Shown here: piece after piece, positions 1 through 9,707 of the stretch | Layout: each line of letters opens with the position of its first letter | How positions within the stretch are numbered: position 1 is the stretch's first letter | Origin: a virus | Taxonomy: Duplodnaviria > Caudoviricetes | Direction: 5' to 3' (one strand) | DNA: 64,000 bases | IMG/VR virus record: IMGVR_UViG_3300028586_000001 | Location: 22,762 to 86,761 of that record | Notes under the pieces: model-generated | Database searches by the model: none | Told to the model about the DNA's origin: nothing | Seen by the model: only the letters and a program-made list of their open reading frames with translations | Made by a program: the position numbers and the translations under genes

Positions 1-2
1 CG

Positions 3-203
3 AACGATGGGTCGCTGATGTTGCTCAATGTCCGGTTGTGGGTTCACGGGGAGCCACACATCCTGTTCAGGCCGCTGAACAGCAGGGAACCCTGGCCGCT
101 GTACCTTGACGGTACTGAGGCTCCTGAACCAATCGCAGTGTTCACCGACACCGGCAAGTTCACCGCCGAGTTTGAATCCTTTCTGAAAAGCCAACCATCA
201 TGA
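3..203 (+). CDS. hypothetical protein, 5' truncated by window edge
   Basis: Frame is open from position 3; stop overlaps next ATG (ATGA). Confidence 0.6.
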   Translation, partial: NDGSLMLLNVRLWVHGEPHILFRPLNSREPWPLYLDGTEAPEPIAVFTDTGKFTAEFESFLKSQPS

Positions 204-478
204 ACCGCCCTACTTCCGGAACCACCGAGTTCCGCTACGTCATTGCTGCCAACCGCGCCACCACGGTCATGTCGAACACTGCGCTGTGCCTGCTGGCGCT
301 GGCTGTGCTCGTCATGTGCATCATCAGCTTCATGGACGCTACCGACACCCGGCCGAAACTGGGGTCGAAGGCGTGCATCGTTGCACAGAACAAGTTTTCC
401 GATCTGAACAAGAGCCTCGCCCGCGACTATGCCCGAGCCGAGGAGTTCACGGTTCGCCTGACCGACCTGTGCAAGTAA
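200..478 (+). CDS. hypothetical membrane protein (1 TM)
   Basis: ATGA coupling; hydrophobic stretch TALCLLALAVLVMCIISF. Confidence 0.7.
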   Translation: MNRPTSGTTEFRYVIAANRATTVMSNTALCLLALAVLVMCIISFMDATDTRPKLGSKACIVAQNKFSDLNKSLARDYARAEEFTVRLTDLCK

Positions 479-495
479 CGTAGGATTCAAATCGT

Positions 496-864
496 ATGCC
501 GAAACTGAGTGAGAAGATGATCGACGTGTGCATCGCCACCGTCTGCGCCGTGGCCCTAGTCAGTGTAGGGATCTGGTATTTCGATACACCGGAGCACCCA
601 TCGGGCTACATCGACATCGTCCCGATCCGTGGCACTGCCACCTGCCATGCAGCACAAAGCGCATTCCTTGCTGGGCCTATCGAGCGCACCGCATCGAGCC
701 GCCCGATATCGGAACAAGTCCGGGACATCTGCCGTGACCCATCACCCGTTGATTGCGAAACCAATCAGTCTGGCCCCGACGTGATGTATTCCAAGGGTGA
801 CCTCGATGACTCGAACTGGGACAGTCGGGAGTTCTATGAATACTGCCAGCGGGTGCGCTCATGA
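496..864 (+). CDS. hypothetical membrane-anchored protein
   Basis: N-terminal hydrophobic segment; Cys-containing C-terminus; coupled to next gene. Confidence 0.65.
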   Translation: MPKLSEKMIDVCIATVCAVALVSVGIWYFDTPEHPSGYIDIVPIRGTATCHAAQSAFLAGPIERTASSRPISEQVRDICRDPSPVDCETNQSGPDVMYSKGDLDDSNWDSREFYEYCQRVRS

Positions 865-1115
865 AGGCCCAGACGCAAGAGATGATAGCGGTGACGGTCT
901 GCGTGGCCGTTGTTTCGGGGTTTCTAACATGGGCCTCGAACGTGCAGCAGAAGCGGCACGAGACTGAAGCGAAGTACCGGACGGTTTGCACCAACCTTGC
1001 CAAGGTCATCAGCCGGGAGACACCTATCTCCACGGACCTTGTCCGAAACACGGAAGGCGAACTGCGCTGTGTAGTGATTGTGCCATATGAGTTTTCCGAT
1101 GAAACCGAAGACTAA
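861..1115 (+). CDS. hypothetical membrane-anchored protein
   Basis: ATGA overlap; N-terminal TM segment. Confidence 0.65.
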   Translation: MKAQTQEMIAVTVCVAVVSGFLTWASNVQQKRHETEAKYRTVCTNLAKVISRETPISTDLVRNTEGELRCVVIVPYEFSDETED

Positions 1116-1533
1116 AGCCAGGATCACCGCCATCCGACCTGCCGACGAAACCAGTCAAGTGCTGGAGGTCACAGGCGGTGGCGCTGGTCATCGGAAGCAA
1201 CCCTGCGGTGGTTGCCCGTGGCGTACCGATCAAGACGGGATGTTCCCGGCTGAGGCTTTCCGCATCTCGGCGCCGACCGCTTATGATATGTCAGACAGGA
1301 CGTTTGCCTGCCATGAAAGCGGATCGAAGAAGCCTGCCACCTGTGCGGGCTTTCTGCTGAAAAATGCAGACAACAATATGGCTGTGCGCCTGTCCATGAT
1401 CAACGGTGAGGACTTCCGGGACGTGCATGACGGTGGGCACGAGCTTCATGATTCGTACCGCTCCATGGCTGAGGCCAATGGCGTGGGCCCTGATGACCCA
1501 ACACTTGCCCGATGCAGGGCTAATCGAAAATAG
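1099..1533 (+). CDS. DUF6283-like Cys/His metal-binding protein
   Basis: PCGGCPWR, FACHES and TCAGFL motifs; start placed at ATG 1099. Confidence 0.65.
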   Translation: MKPKTKARITAIRPADETSQVLEVTGGGAGHRKQPCGGCPWRTDQDGMFPAEAFRISAPTAYDMSDRTFACHESGSKKPATCAGFLLKNADNNMAVRLSMINGEDFRDVHDGGHELHDSYRSMAEANGVGPDDPTLARCRANRK

Positions 1534-1544
1534 GAAGCAACATC

Positions 1545-1994
1545 ATGCTCATTCATAAATCGGCCTGCGTCTCGGCCATCGCCATCTACCGTGCCTGCCG
1601 CCATGACACTGACGGCAGCGCCATGCACCTCTGGGCAGAAACCCAAGGTTGGGGTGCTATCGAGTTCTGGATCGAGATCGCTAACCTCGCGGCGCTCAGT
1701 GCTGATCTGGCCGCTCAGGTTGCCGACTGTTCTGACTTCAATACCGAATCTTTCCCCGGCGTCTATGCCTACGAGGTGGACGAGGAGCTGGGTGAGCGCC
1801 TGTGGCTGCTGGTCTGCGAAGGCAAGCTCAAGTCGCTCGATGGCCCGCTGGCCAAGTATTGGCTCGGTCGTCTGGCCCACCTGTTCTTCAGCCAGAACGA
1901 GCAAGGCGGTGTATCGGACCGGCCGGTGGCTAACGCCATTATCGAGACCTTGACGGGCTACGGTAACTGCCTCGGTGAACCGGAGGATGCGTAA
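1545..1994 (+). CDS. hypothetical protein
   Basis: GGAAG upstream; fits the gene tiling. Confidence 0.65.
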   Translation: MLIHKSACVSAIAIYRACRHDTDGSAMHLWAETQGWGAIEFWIEIANLAALSADLAAQVADCSDFNTESFPGVYAYEVDEELGERLWLLVCEGKLKSLDGPLAKYWLGRLAHLFFSQNEQGGVSDRPVANAIIETLTGYGNCLGEPEDA

Positions 1995-2365
1995 TGGCCC
2001 TCGCCACCGACATCGAACTTATCCTGGCCCTGCAAGCTGCCCGGAATCGAATCCTGAGCGGGCGCAACGATTACATCTGCGTGGCGCTGCATTGTGCACG
2101 GGATGACGGGCTGTGTACCCGGCACGCTTCCAGGGAGCTGCGTGAGTACATCGAAGCGCAGCTTGATGGGTGCGGGATGCTGGAGATGTACCTGGAACAG
2201 CAAGGCGTCATCAAGCTCGACCGCAGCACTGCGGCGCTTCGCATCGTGGTCCCCGGCATCGACATCATCTACTGCCCCGTCGCCACCGAGTACCTTCGAC
2301 CAGCACGGCTCGCCTGGATCGACCGCATGATCCACGAGCTGCAAACCAACGGGCGGTTGCCCTAA
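1994..2365 (+). CDS. hypothetical protein
   Basis: TAATG overlap with upstream stop. Confidence 0.7.
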   Translation: MALATDIELILALQAARNRILSGRNDYICVALHCARDDGLCTRHASRELREYIEAQLDGCGMLEMYLEQQGVIKLDRSTAALRIVVPGIDIIYCPVATEYLRPARLAWIDRMIHELQTNGRLP

Positions 2366-2380
2366 CTACACCGACTATAG
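2366..2380. promoter_or_regulatory. palindromic motif copy CTACA-CCGAC-TATAG
   Basis: Directly after a stop codon and overlapping the next RBS. Confidence 0.45.
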
Positions 2381-2391
2381 GAGCCAACAAC

Positions 2392-2724
2392 ATGGCCATG
2401 ACCGAAAAGCAAATCAAGGTTCTTCGTGAACTCTATGACGCACTGTTCAGAGCTGACAACGTATTGAATCCTGAAGGGACTAGTTTGATTGACCTTATCA
2501 TCATCCGGTCCGGTCTCAAGCGCAAAGATGTGACGGACTTCATGAACGCTGTGACTGAGATGGTCGATGACCTTCCGACCTACGAGGTCGTCAAGTTCTA
2601 CCGTGATGCCAACATCGCTGCCGAGGTCATTTTCACCGGCCTCGAAAAGGAAGAAGCCAAGGGTCATTGCCGGGGTGATGACTCCTTCGGTGAGGACTGG
2701 TTCTACGGCTTCCGGGAGGAATGA
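2392..2724 (+). CDS. hypothetical protein
   Basis: AGGAG RBS upstream of ATG 2392. Confidence 0.7.
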   Translation: MAMTEKQIKVLRELYDALFRADNVLNPEGTSLIDLIIIRSGLKRKDVTDFMNAVTEMVDDLPTYEVVKFYRDANIAAEVIFTGLEKEEAKGHCRGDDSFGEDWFYGFREE

Positions 2725-2999
2725 TGATCCCCGCAATGGCCTACATGCTGGGCGACGAAACGAAGACGGCACTGAAGCAAGCCCACGAAGCTTGGATGGC
2801 CAGAATCAAGGCCCGTGGCGAGCCTACGTTCACCTACACCGTGGCGTGCTGCGGCACCCATATCGAAGGTCGTCTGACCGGCAGCCCAAACGAGAAGTGG
2901 GACACGACGGCAACCTGCTACGGCTGCGGCGCTGTCTACGTCAAGAAGACGTTCCACGACCGAATCGAAACCTACGTCCCAGAAAGGACTCCAGAATGA
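2721..2999 (+). CDS. hypothetical zinc-ribbon protein
   Basis: ACCG and CYGCG Cys pairs; overlap coupling. Confidence 0.65.
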   Translation: MMIPAMAYMLGDETKTALKQAHEAWMARIKARGEPTFTYTVACCGTHIEGRLTGSPNEKWDTTATCYGCGAVYVKKTFHDRIETYVPERTPE

Positions 3000-4027
3000 A
3001 CCTCGAAGACTGCCTCCGCAAACCTGTGGCCAGCGCCGTGAAGGACGCTATGGAGTGGCTTAACAACTTGCCCGGCCAGAGCATTCTAGCCACTCAGTCG
3101 ATCAACAGTGTGACGGAAAAGGTCCTGCGCGCCGTCCGCTCCCACATCAAGGTCAACGCCCAGTTCCGCACCGTGTCGGACCACCTGACCGGCACCATGG
3201 CTGTCGATGTGGACCGCGTCGAATGGGAAGACGATGGCGAGCTGATGGTGTCCCTGAACTACTGGCCGAAACCGGATATTTCGTATGATCTCAACGTAGC
3301 GACCTACAGCCGGGACATGCACAAGACTGCGTATGACGCCTTGCTCGATGAACTCAAGTGGGTGCTGAAAGAGAAAGACGCCGGGACTCTGGAAATCAAT
3401 CCGCTCGGTATGACACTTGCCGGTGCGGCCCGCAAGGTGGTCGAGCTGCTGCGCCAGCGTGTGAAAGAGCATGAAGTCCAGATCATGACGCAGTGCGCTG
3501 ACCTGGACATCATCCGTGCCAAGTCGGACGTGGTTGTTTCCGATCTTGAAGCCGTCCGCTTCTGCATGAAGAAGCTGGAAGAAGGCGTCAAGCGGGCCGG
3601 GTTCGAGACCATCATCTACAGCGACGGCACGGTCAGCCTGAAGCGTGTTGGGCCGGTTCCGGTGGGGCCTGACCATGCCAAGGCACTCTCCGAAGTGGTG
3701 GACCTTACTGGCCGGTTGCAGCAAGCCGAGACCGAGAACAACGAACTGACCCTGAAGCTGGCTGAAGCTGAAGGCAGGAACACGGAACTGAACACCCGGC
3801 TGGCAACTTGCGAGCGTCCGCTGTCGGTTGTTCCAGACAAGGTCATCGGCACCGAAATCGGCTGGACCCTTCGTGCTGAAGACGGGTCCTACCTCCGGGT
3901 CCGTAGCTCCGAGATGCCGTTGATCGTCGCTGAAGACGAAGAAACCGCCCAGGCCAACAACCCCAGCTTTGTCCCACGCCAGATCAAGGTCGTGGCCTTC
4001 GACATCACTCCGGACGACCTAAAATGA
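2996..4027 (+). CDS. hypothetical coiled-coil protein
   Basis: ATGA overlap at 2996; heptad-rich C-terminal half. Confidence 0.7.
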   Translation: MNLEDCLRKPVASAVKDAMEWLNNLPGQSILATQSINSVTEKVLRAVRSHIKVNAQFRTVSDHLTGTMAVDVDRVEWEDDGELMVSLNYWPKPDISYDLNVATYSRDMHKTAYDALLDELKWVLKEKDAGTLEINPLGMTLAGAARKVVELLRQRVKEHEVQIMTQCADLDIIRAKSDVVVSDLEAVRFCMKKLEEGVKRAGFETIIYSDGTVSLKRVGPVPVGPDHAKALSEVVDLTGRLQQAETENNELTLKLAEAEGRNTELNTRLATCERPLSVVPDKVIGTEIGWTLRAEDGSYLRVRSSEMPLIVAEDEETAQANNPSFVPRQIKVVAFDITPDDLK

Positions 4028-4578
4028 AACCTGAATATCAATGCCCTGACTGCAAGGGCCACACGTTCAACATCGACGTGATTGACAGCGCCATCGTGCG
4101 GTTCGAGTTCGACCAAGATCACACGGTGCTGCATGACGGCGATGGCAACCTCGAATGGGACGACAGCAGCAAGTGCTCCTGTGAAGGCTGCGGCAAGATG
4201 GGAACACTTGCCGACTTCAAGCAACACGTCCTGTACGTGACCAGCGACACCGACGTTCCATCGGCCATCCGGGATTGCCACGGCGAAGTGGTCCTGGGCC
4301 TGTGCCGGAACTGTGGCCGGGGCGAGATCGAGCTGGAAGAACCCTGCACGCCGCGCCAACCGGCCACGACCCTGGACGACGTGTCGAAGGAGATCGCCAA
4401 CAAGATTGCGGCTGATCGTGAAAACTTCCTCGCGGCCTGGATTGCCGAGACCGGCATGCAGCCGAGCGAAGCGGTTCTCGTTCATAGCGTGGATTACAAG
4501 ACCGGCGAGAACAAGTGCTGGGTTGAATTGAAAACCAACTACGAACGGAAAGCAGATGCCACTCCCGATCCTACCTGA
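4024..4578 (+). CDS. hypothetical multi-CxxC zinc-binding protein
   Basis: CPDC, CEGC and CRNC motifs. Confidence 0.65.
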   Translation: MKPEYQCPDCKGHTFNIDVIDSAIVRFEFDQDHTVLHDGDGNLEWDDSSKCSCEGCGKMGTLADFKQHVLYVTSDTDVPSAIRDCHGEVVLGLCRNCGRGEIELEEPCTPRQPATTLDDVSKEIANKIAADRENFLAAWIAETGMQPSEAVLVHSVDYKTGENKCWVELKTNYERKADATPDPT

Positions 4579-5035
4579 CTGGAAACGCTGCGAAGACCTG
4601 TCGAACGTCCCTGAAATTCATGAGGCGTTCGGTGGCTTCTCCGAAGACCCTACCGCTGACAACGCCACCGGCGTGGTCCGGGCCATTGTCCACGAGATCG
4701 ACAAGCAGCGCGGCACCGGCTACGGCCTGCGTGCTTTGCTGGCTACGGTGTACACCGGCCAGTCGTTTATCACGACTGACGGTGAGCTGATGGACACCCG
4801 TGATATTCCGCACATCGACTTCAAACGGAGTTCGTTGGAGGAGATCGCAAGGAAGATTCAGCAACGGGCGGTGAAACGCCGGATGCTGCTGGCCGACATG
4901 CCGTTCCCGGACGTCCCGGACGACCACCTTGCCTTCTCGTACCGGCAGTTGGTCAAGTCCCACAAGGCTGGACTGAAGGTTAATTTTGTCACTGGCCTCA
5001 TCTCACTCCCACCACAACCGAAAGGAAAATCGTGA
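4556..5035 (+). CDS. hypothetical protein
   Basis: Fits the gene tiling; phage-like codon usage. Confidence 0.65.
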   Translation: MPLPILPDWKRCEDLSNVPEIHEAFGGFSEDPTADNATGVVRAIVHEIDKQRGTGYGLRALLATVYTGQSFITTDGELMDTRDIPHIDFKRSSLEEIARKIQQRAVKRRMLLADMPFPDVPDDHLAFSYRQLVKSHKAGLKVNFVTGLISLPPQPKGKS

Positions 5036-5691
5036 AGACCAACCCTGATGTACCCGACCTGTTCATGGGCGAATTCGCTACGTTCGCCAAGAACCACGGC
5101 GGCTTCTCGTTCGAGGAAGCCGGTCAAGACCTGATGACTGACGACGGCATCGCCCTGCCCACCTTCCGCTCCGGTCGCACCGAGGTGGCATGGCGGGCGT
5201 GGCATGCTGCTCTGGCGTATGCCCAGAAATCCCTGAAGGCACCGGCATCGGAAGAACGCCGCGAGATGTCCGAGCGCCCATCCGGGCCACTGTGGCGTGT
5301 TGCCCGGCGCCGCTCCCGCATGACCCCTGGGCTGGACGTGCTGACGCTTCATGTCGGGATCACCGACATCAACATCGCCAAGTCTGATCCAGACTTCATC
5401 GACTGGTCCGGGTCCTCCACCGGCCAGGTCGGCAACGTCCAGATCGAATGGAATCCGAGCGTGGCTGAAATCTTGGGCCGACCAAACTTCATGTGCGGCG
5501 GGTTTGCTTCCCGGATGCGCAGCGTTCTCGGCACCGAAATCCCCACTAAAGCGGAAGCCGAGCAGGCCCGTGTGGTCCATCTGATGTTGAACCTGTACCT
5601 CAAACACGGCGTTAATGAGTGGGCCGAGGAGTTCAACAAGGTGCTGAAACTGGGCGAGTACGCCGACAAGCCCACCTTCGGCGGTATGTGA
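5032..5691 (+). CDS. hypothetical protein
   Basis: AAGGA RBS, GTG start overlapping upstream stop. Confidence 0.7.
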   Translation: MKTNPDVPDLFMGEFATFAKNHGGFSFEEAGQDLMTDDGIALPTFRSGRTEVAWRAWHAALAYAQKSLKAPASEERREMSERPSGPLWRVARRRSRMTPGLDVLTLHVGITDINIAKSDPDFIDWSGSSTGQVGNVQIEWNPSVAEILGRPNFMCGGFASRMRSVLGTEIPTKAEAEQARVVHLMLNLYLKHGVNEWAEEFNKVLKLGEYADKPTFGGM

Positions 5692-5891
5692 TGATCACCT
5701 TCGTTTACTACCTGTCACGGGAAAGCGAAAACCTGATCGCGTTGCGCCAGACACGATTCAAGGCGCAACACCTTGCTGGTAAGTCTGATGAGCGCGACAT
5801 CTGCGCGTTTGCTCGTGACACTGACGAGATGCGCACGATGCTGGAGCATGTCAGGATCGATACCGACAACGTCGACTGGACTGAGCCATGA
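5691..5891 (+). CDS. hypothetical protein
   Basis: TGATG coupling. Confidence 0.55.
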   Translation: MITFVYYLSRESENLIALRQTRFKAQHLAGKSDERDICAFARDTDEMRTMLEHVRIDTDNVDWTEP

Positions 5892-6112
5892 ACGGCCGGG
5901 CCGCACGCCGGATTCGTCGGGCATCGTGGCAGATCATCTTCGCTGAGGGCCGCACCGGAAACATTTCGGAGCAGCGCCGGGAGATCGAGAAGCGCCTGAA
6001 GCGTGAGTACCGGGCGCTGCCGTACCATCGCCGGGACCTCAGCCACTTCGGTCTGGTTTCGTTACCTCACGCTCTCCAGGAGCTGCGCTACGTCCTGCGA
6101 AGCAGCATCTGA
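5888..6112 (+). CDS. hypothetical basic protein
   Basis: ATGA overlap; Arg-rich. Confidence 0.55.
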   Translation: MNGRAARRIRRASWQIIFAEGRTGNISEQRREIEKRLKREYRALPYHRRDLSHFGLVSLPHALQELRYVLRSSI

Positions 6113-6123
6113 CACCGCAAGCC

Positions 6124-6146
6124 AAAGCCCTGTTGATCAGGGCTTT
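6124..6146. terminator. perfect hairpin, possible terminator
   Basis: AAAGCCCTG-TTGAT-CAGGGCTTT directly after a stop codon. Confidence 0.55.
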
Positions 6147-6158
6147 ACCGTGTAGTGT

Positions 6159-6173
6159 CTACACTGACTGTAG
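6159..6173. promoter_or_regulatory. palindromic motif CTACA-CTGAC-TGTAG
   Basis: Perfect 5-bp inverted repeat; recurs elsewhere in the window. Confidence 0.55.
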
Positions 6174-6214
6174 CCGACCTCGTGTCGGCTTTTCCATATC
6201 CTCAAGGAGAATTC

Positions 6215-6598
6215 ATGACCGCCACCGCCCGTGTTGATTTACGGAAGATGACCCCAGGACAGCGCGCTGTCCACAACCGACAGCAGATGGAACGCAAAAT
6301 CGTTTTCAAGGTGATCGAAGACCTCACGAAAGAGGGCTACTACATGCGGGTGTTTGACGGCGAGGAGTTCGCCGGTCCCCGCAGCACTGACCACCGCGAG
6401 ATCAAGAAGCACCTGTTCTCGACCGATGAGGACACGCTGTGCGTCTACCGGGGGCCGACTGAGCCTCAGTTCGGGTTCGTTTCTTTTGTCTACGGGAACA
6501 ACGGTCACGACGTGATCCACGATTACGCCGTTCTGCTGGAAGAAGACCTCGGCGCGGCACAGGCTCTGGCTGACAGACTTGCTAAGGAGAGCATGTGA
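6215..6598 (+). CDS. hypothetical protein
   Basis: AAGGAG RBS before ATG 6215. Confidence 0.75.
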   Translation: MTATARVDLRKMTPGQRAVHNRQQMERKIVFKVIEDLTKEGYYMRVFDGEEFAGPRSTDHREIKKHLFSTDEDTLCVYRGPTEPQFGFVSFVYGNNGHDVIHDYAVLLEEDLGAAQALADRLAKESM

Positions 6599-6867
6599 TG
6601 CAGTGGGAAAAACTGAAAGAGGCGGTTGCCGAGTACGTCGACGCGCTGCCGGCTACCGAGTTCAACCAGATTCGTTGCAACGCTCAGGGTGCGAACCAGA
6701 CCGTGACCGAGTACCTTGCCACCGTGGACATCCGGACCGTGTCGAACCTGCGTGAGCATGCCCGCCCTGCTTTTCCGAAGACGCTTCGGCGTGGCACGCT
6801 GTGGGCAGACTGCCGGGATTACGGGTGGGTGGTGGATACCAAAGACCCTCGCAAGTGGAGCCGGTGA
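6598..6867 (+). CDS. hypothetical protein
   Basis: TGATG coupling. Confidence 0.65.
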   Translation: MQWEKLKEAVAEYVDALPATEFNQIRCNAQGANQTVTEYLATVDIRTVSNLREHARPAFPKTLRRGTLWADCRDYGWVVDTKDPRKWSR

Positions 6868-7112
6868 TGACCCTGACCGAAATCGTGAAAGCCACTGCGG
6901 CCCGGATGAAAGATGTTGCCGTGTATTTGGACCGTAACATGGATAACGTCCTGATTTCCACTCCCGGCCAGGAAGACATCTACATGCAGGGTGACGACGC
7001 TGTTCAGTTCCTCACCGAGCTGGACGACCTGTACGAGAAGACAGGTGACTGCACCGAAGACGAATGCGCGCTGACGCTGGCCGCACCCTACGCCGAAAAC
7101 CTTTGGAGCTGA
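6867..7112 (+). CDS. hypothetical acidic protein
   Basis: TGATG coupling; D/E-rich. Confidence 0.65.
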   Translation: MTLTEIVKATAARMKDVAVYLDRNMDNVLISTPGQEDIYMQGDDAVQFLTELDDLYEKTGDCTEDECALTLAAPYAENLWS

Positions 7113-7114
7113 AA

Positions 7115-7717
7115 ATGATCCGACTTTCTGAAATGAATTCAAGCTGTGGCGCTCCGATGGGACGCCATGCCAAACACATGACCGGCCTGACCGATCCGCA
7201 GTTCTTCCTGGAGCGCGTCCCGATGGTGGACGGTGGGTACGACTGCGGCGGGGCTTACTGGGGAAGCCCGGACAACCTGTGGTGTGCGGACTTCACCACG
7301 CCGCTCACCTCCACCACCATCGTTCACTACTTCATCCGGGCCAACAGCCGGGAGGAGGCAATGGTGGTTGTCCGCAAGGACTATCCGAGCGCCAAGTTCT
7401 TCCCCGCCACCGGCAGCGTCATCGCCCAGACCATCGAGCATCTGGAGACCTACCTGGATGGCGAGCGTGATGCGGTTGATGAAGACGAACAGGAGAGGCT
7501 GGCCGATCTCGAAGATGAGATTGATGACTTCAAGTCGGAAGTGAACCAGATCACCAACGACTGGATGGACCACGTCAGCAATCTGGGCTTCGAGATCGTC
7601 AAGGACACCGACACCGACTCGTACCGCTTCCAGGGCAAGTTCGAGACCGTCGAGAGCGGTCTGTTCGACACCCCTGAAGAAGCGGCGATCTACATCATTC
7701 GTGAAAAGGAAATGTGA
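7115..7717 (+). CDS. phage hypothetical protein with GAPMGR / GGYDxGGAYWG motifs and acidic C-terminus
   Basis: Motifs recalled from phage hypothetical proteins; coupled start. Confidence 0.65.
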   Translation: MIRLSEMNSSCGAPMGRHAKHMTGLTDPQFFLERVPMVDGGYDCGGAYWGSPDNLWCADFTTPLTSTTIVHYFIRANSREEAMVVVRKDYPSAKFFPATGSVIAQTIEHLETYLDGERDAVDEDEQERLADLEDEIDDFKSEVNQITNDWMDHVSNLGFEIVKDTDTDSYRFQGKFETVESGLFDTPEEAAIYIIREKEM

Positions 7718-8061
7718 TGACAACCGAAATCGATTATGGCTCCAGAACGCTCACCATTCAAGACCTGAAGGACCGCATTGCATACCTGGAGGGCATCGAC
7801 ACTGATGAAGACCAGTGGAGAGAACTTGAAGCCCTCAATGAGATCGACAATGATCTGCACTGGGCAGACGCCAGCGCCACTCTGGTCAACTACAACCACT
7901 GGGAAGGCTGGTGCCGGGAGTACGTTGTTGACCTTGGTGAAGTTCGTGAAGACAGTGCTGTCTTCGGGTTTATCAAGTGGGATGAACTGGCCTCTGCCAT
8001 GGAGCAGGACTACAAGTCGTTCGACATGCCTGATGGCACGACCTTCATGGTGAGGGCGTAA
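7714..8061 (+). CDS. acidic ArdA-like antirestriction / DNA-mimic candidate
   Basis: 27 D/E versus 9 K/R in 115 aa; FIKWDELASAMEQDY resembles the ArdA C-terminal pattern. Confidence 0.45.
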   Translation: MMTTEIDYGSRTLTIQDLKDRIAYLEGIDTDEDQWRELEALNEIDNDLHWADASATLVNYNHWEGWCREYVVDLGEVREDSAVFGFIKWDELASAMEQDYKSFDMPDGTTFMVRA

Positions 8062-8063
8062 TC

Positions 8064-8261
8064 ATGACCATCACCGAACGCAAAATCTTCGTCACCGAAG
8101 ACGGCAAAGAACACCGAACAGTCCAGGCAGCACAAGAGTGGGAGATGGTGGTGAAGCTGACCCGAGAACTGGCTTCTGGAACGGTGCTGAACCACTCCGA
8201 GGCCGAGGAAACGGCCGTCTGGCTCCTCCGGAACTACAACGTAACCCCGAAAGAAGGTTGA
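8064..8261 (+). CDS. hypothetical protein
   Basis: Fits the gene tiling; GAGG upstream. Confidence 0.65.
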   Translation: MTITERKIFVTEDGKEHRTVQAAQEWEMVVKLTRELASGTVLNHSEAEETAVWLLRNYNVTPKEG

Positions 8262-8262
8262 C

Positions 8263-8715
8263 ATGGCCAAGAAAAACGAAACCACTGTCGAAAACATCCA
8301 GGCCAGGTTCCCACGGGACACCCGCTTCAGTGGCACCGAACTTGCCTTCGTCCCCGAAGAAGGTCAGTACGGCGTAATCATGAGCGGCTACTACACGGCC
8401 TCAGAGCTGCGCGTGATCCTGGGCGATACCGTGGAGGCCAATCGCTGGTTTAACGCCATGGAGCGCGTTCTGGTGCGTCTGGAAGGCACTGGGCATGACC
8501 CGGCTGACCCTGCTACCCGCAACCGCAGCTTCTTGATCGAGGCTCCGACCTTTTCCCTGGTCGAAGACATCGTCTACGGCGTCCCCTACGAGGCGGTGTA
8601 CATCGAGCGGGGCGTGGTGCTGGACAAGGTGGACTACAGGCTTCCCGCCGACACCCAGGCACTTTCGCAAAAGCTGTGGGAACTCAAGCAGGAGGAGCGT
8701 TATGCAAGTGTCTGA
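8263..8715 (+). CDS. hypothetical protein
   Basis: AAGG RBS; fits the gene tiling. Confidence 0.7.
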   Translation: MAKKNETTVENIQARFPRDTRFSGTELAFVPEEGQYGVIMSGYYTASELRVILGDTVEANRWFNAMERVLVRLEGTGHDPADPATRNRSFLIEAPTFSLVEDIVYGVPYEAVYIERGVVLDKVDYRLPADTQALSQKLWELKQEERYASV

Positions 8716-8917
8716 AGCCAAGCAACTGAAATATGGGCAGCAGGTGCACTGCCCTGCTGACCGGGGCGAACCAGCGTTCGTCGGCACCGTCACATCTGAG
8801 GGGTTGGACACTGCCCCCGTCCATAAGTACCCCGACCTCGAATTCATCTGGATCGAAGTGATGCGCCCTGGCCGTCACAAATCGGTCTGGCCGTCTAACC
8901 GGCTTGGAAAGGTCTGA
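8702..8917 (+). CDS. hypothetical small beta-rich protein
   Basis: GGAGGAG RBS. Confidence 0.65.
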   Translation: MQVSEAKQLKYGQQVHCPADRGEPAFVGTVTSEGLDTAPVHKYPDLEFIWIEVMRPGRHKSVWPSNRLGKV

Positions 8918-8918
8918 C

Positions 8919-9272
8919 ATGCCGACACTTGCTGAGTACGAGGCTCGTGGGATCGACATCACCCTCATGAGCCAGGAGCAGCTTGAGGCAGAAGGGTACA
9001 TCACCCCGATGAACGAGCTGCCGGTGGTTGTTGACGGCCCAGGCGGCTACTACACCCGAAATGGCAGGTTTGTTCAGGTCACGGGGTTTCGTCCCCTGAC
9101 TACCCTGTCTTCCACGGCCTTTACGGTTTACGGTTATGTCCATGTGATCAAGCCGACTAAGAAGGTCAAAACGAAGGGCCACTACTGGCACGTTTCAGGA
9201 CGTTGCGATGTATCTCGTGAGAAGTCCTGGGATCTTGTAAGGAAAGGTGAAAAGCATGAGCCAACGTACTGA
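8919..9272 (+). CDS. hypothetical protein
   Basis: Fits the gene tiling; start placed at ATG 8919. Confidence 0.6.
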   Translation: MPTLAEYEARGIDITLMSQEQLEAEGYITPMNELPVVVDGPGGYYTRNGRFVQVTGFRPLTTLSSTAFTVYGYVHVIKPTKKVKTKGHYWHVSGRCDVSREKSWDLVRKGEKHEPTY

Positions 9273-9705
9273 TGTGAAATACTCGAACCGCAAGATCGCG
9301 GTCAATAATGCAAGCTGGATCGGGCACGACGTGGACCACGTCAAGCCCGGCTACTGGGTCTCGTTCCGGAACGTAGGCAACGACCACATCCACACAGGCC
9401 GCGCCGTCTGTGTGGTGGACACCTTGCCAGATTCCCCAGACAAGCTCGTGGGCTGGATCGTGGTTGCAGTCATGAACCCTACCTGCGACATCGCCATGGA
9501 GCGTTGGGTTGACCCTGATTGGATCATCCGGTCGACCCCGCATGTTCCGGCCCGGATGCTGGAGTTCATGATGTCGGACTTCAGCGACCGGGCAACGGTC
9601 ATCAAGCGCATGGACAACGGTTTCCCGACCGGCTTCGACCACTACTACACCGAGCCACCGAAGCCTGACCCGCTGTGGGAGCCTGCCAAACAGATCAAGG
9701 TCTGA
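9256..9705 (+). CDS. hypothetical protein
   Basis: AAGGTG upstream; overlap coupling. Confidence 0.65.
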   Translation: MSQRTDVKYSNRKIAVNNASWIGHDVDHVKPGYWVSFRNVGNDHIHTGRAVCVVDTLPDSPDKLVGWIVVAVMNPTCDIAMERWVDPDWIIRSTPHVPARMLEFMMSDFSDRATVIKRMDNGFPTGFDHYYTEPPKPDPLWEPAKQIKV

Positions 9706-9707
9706 CC

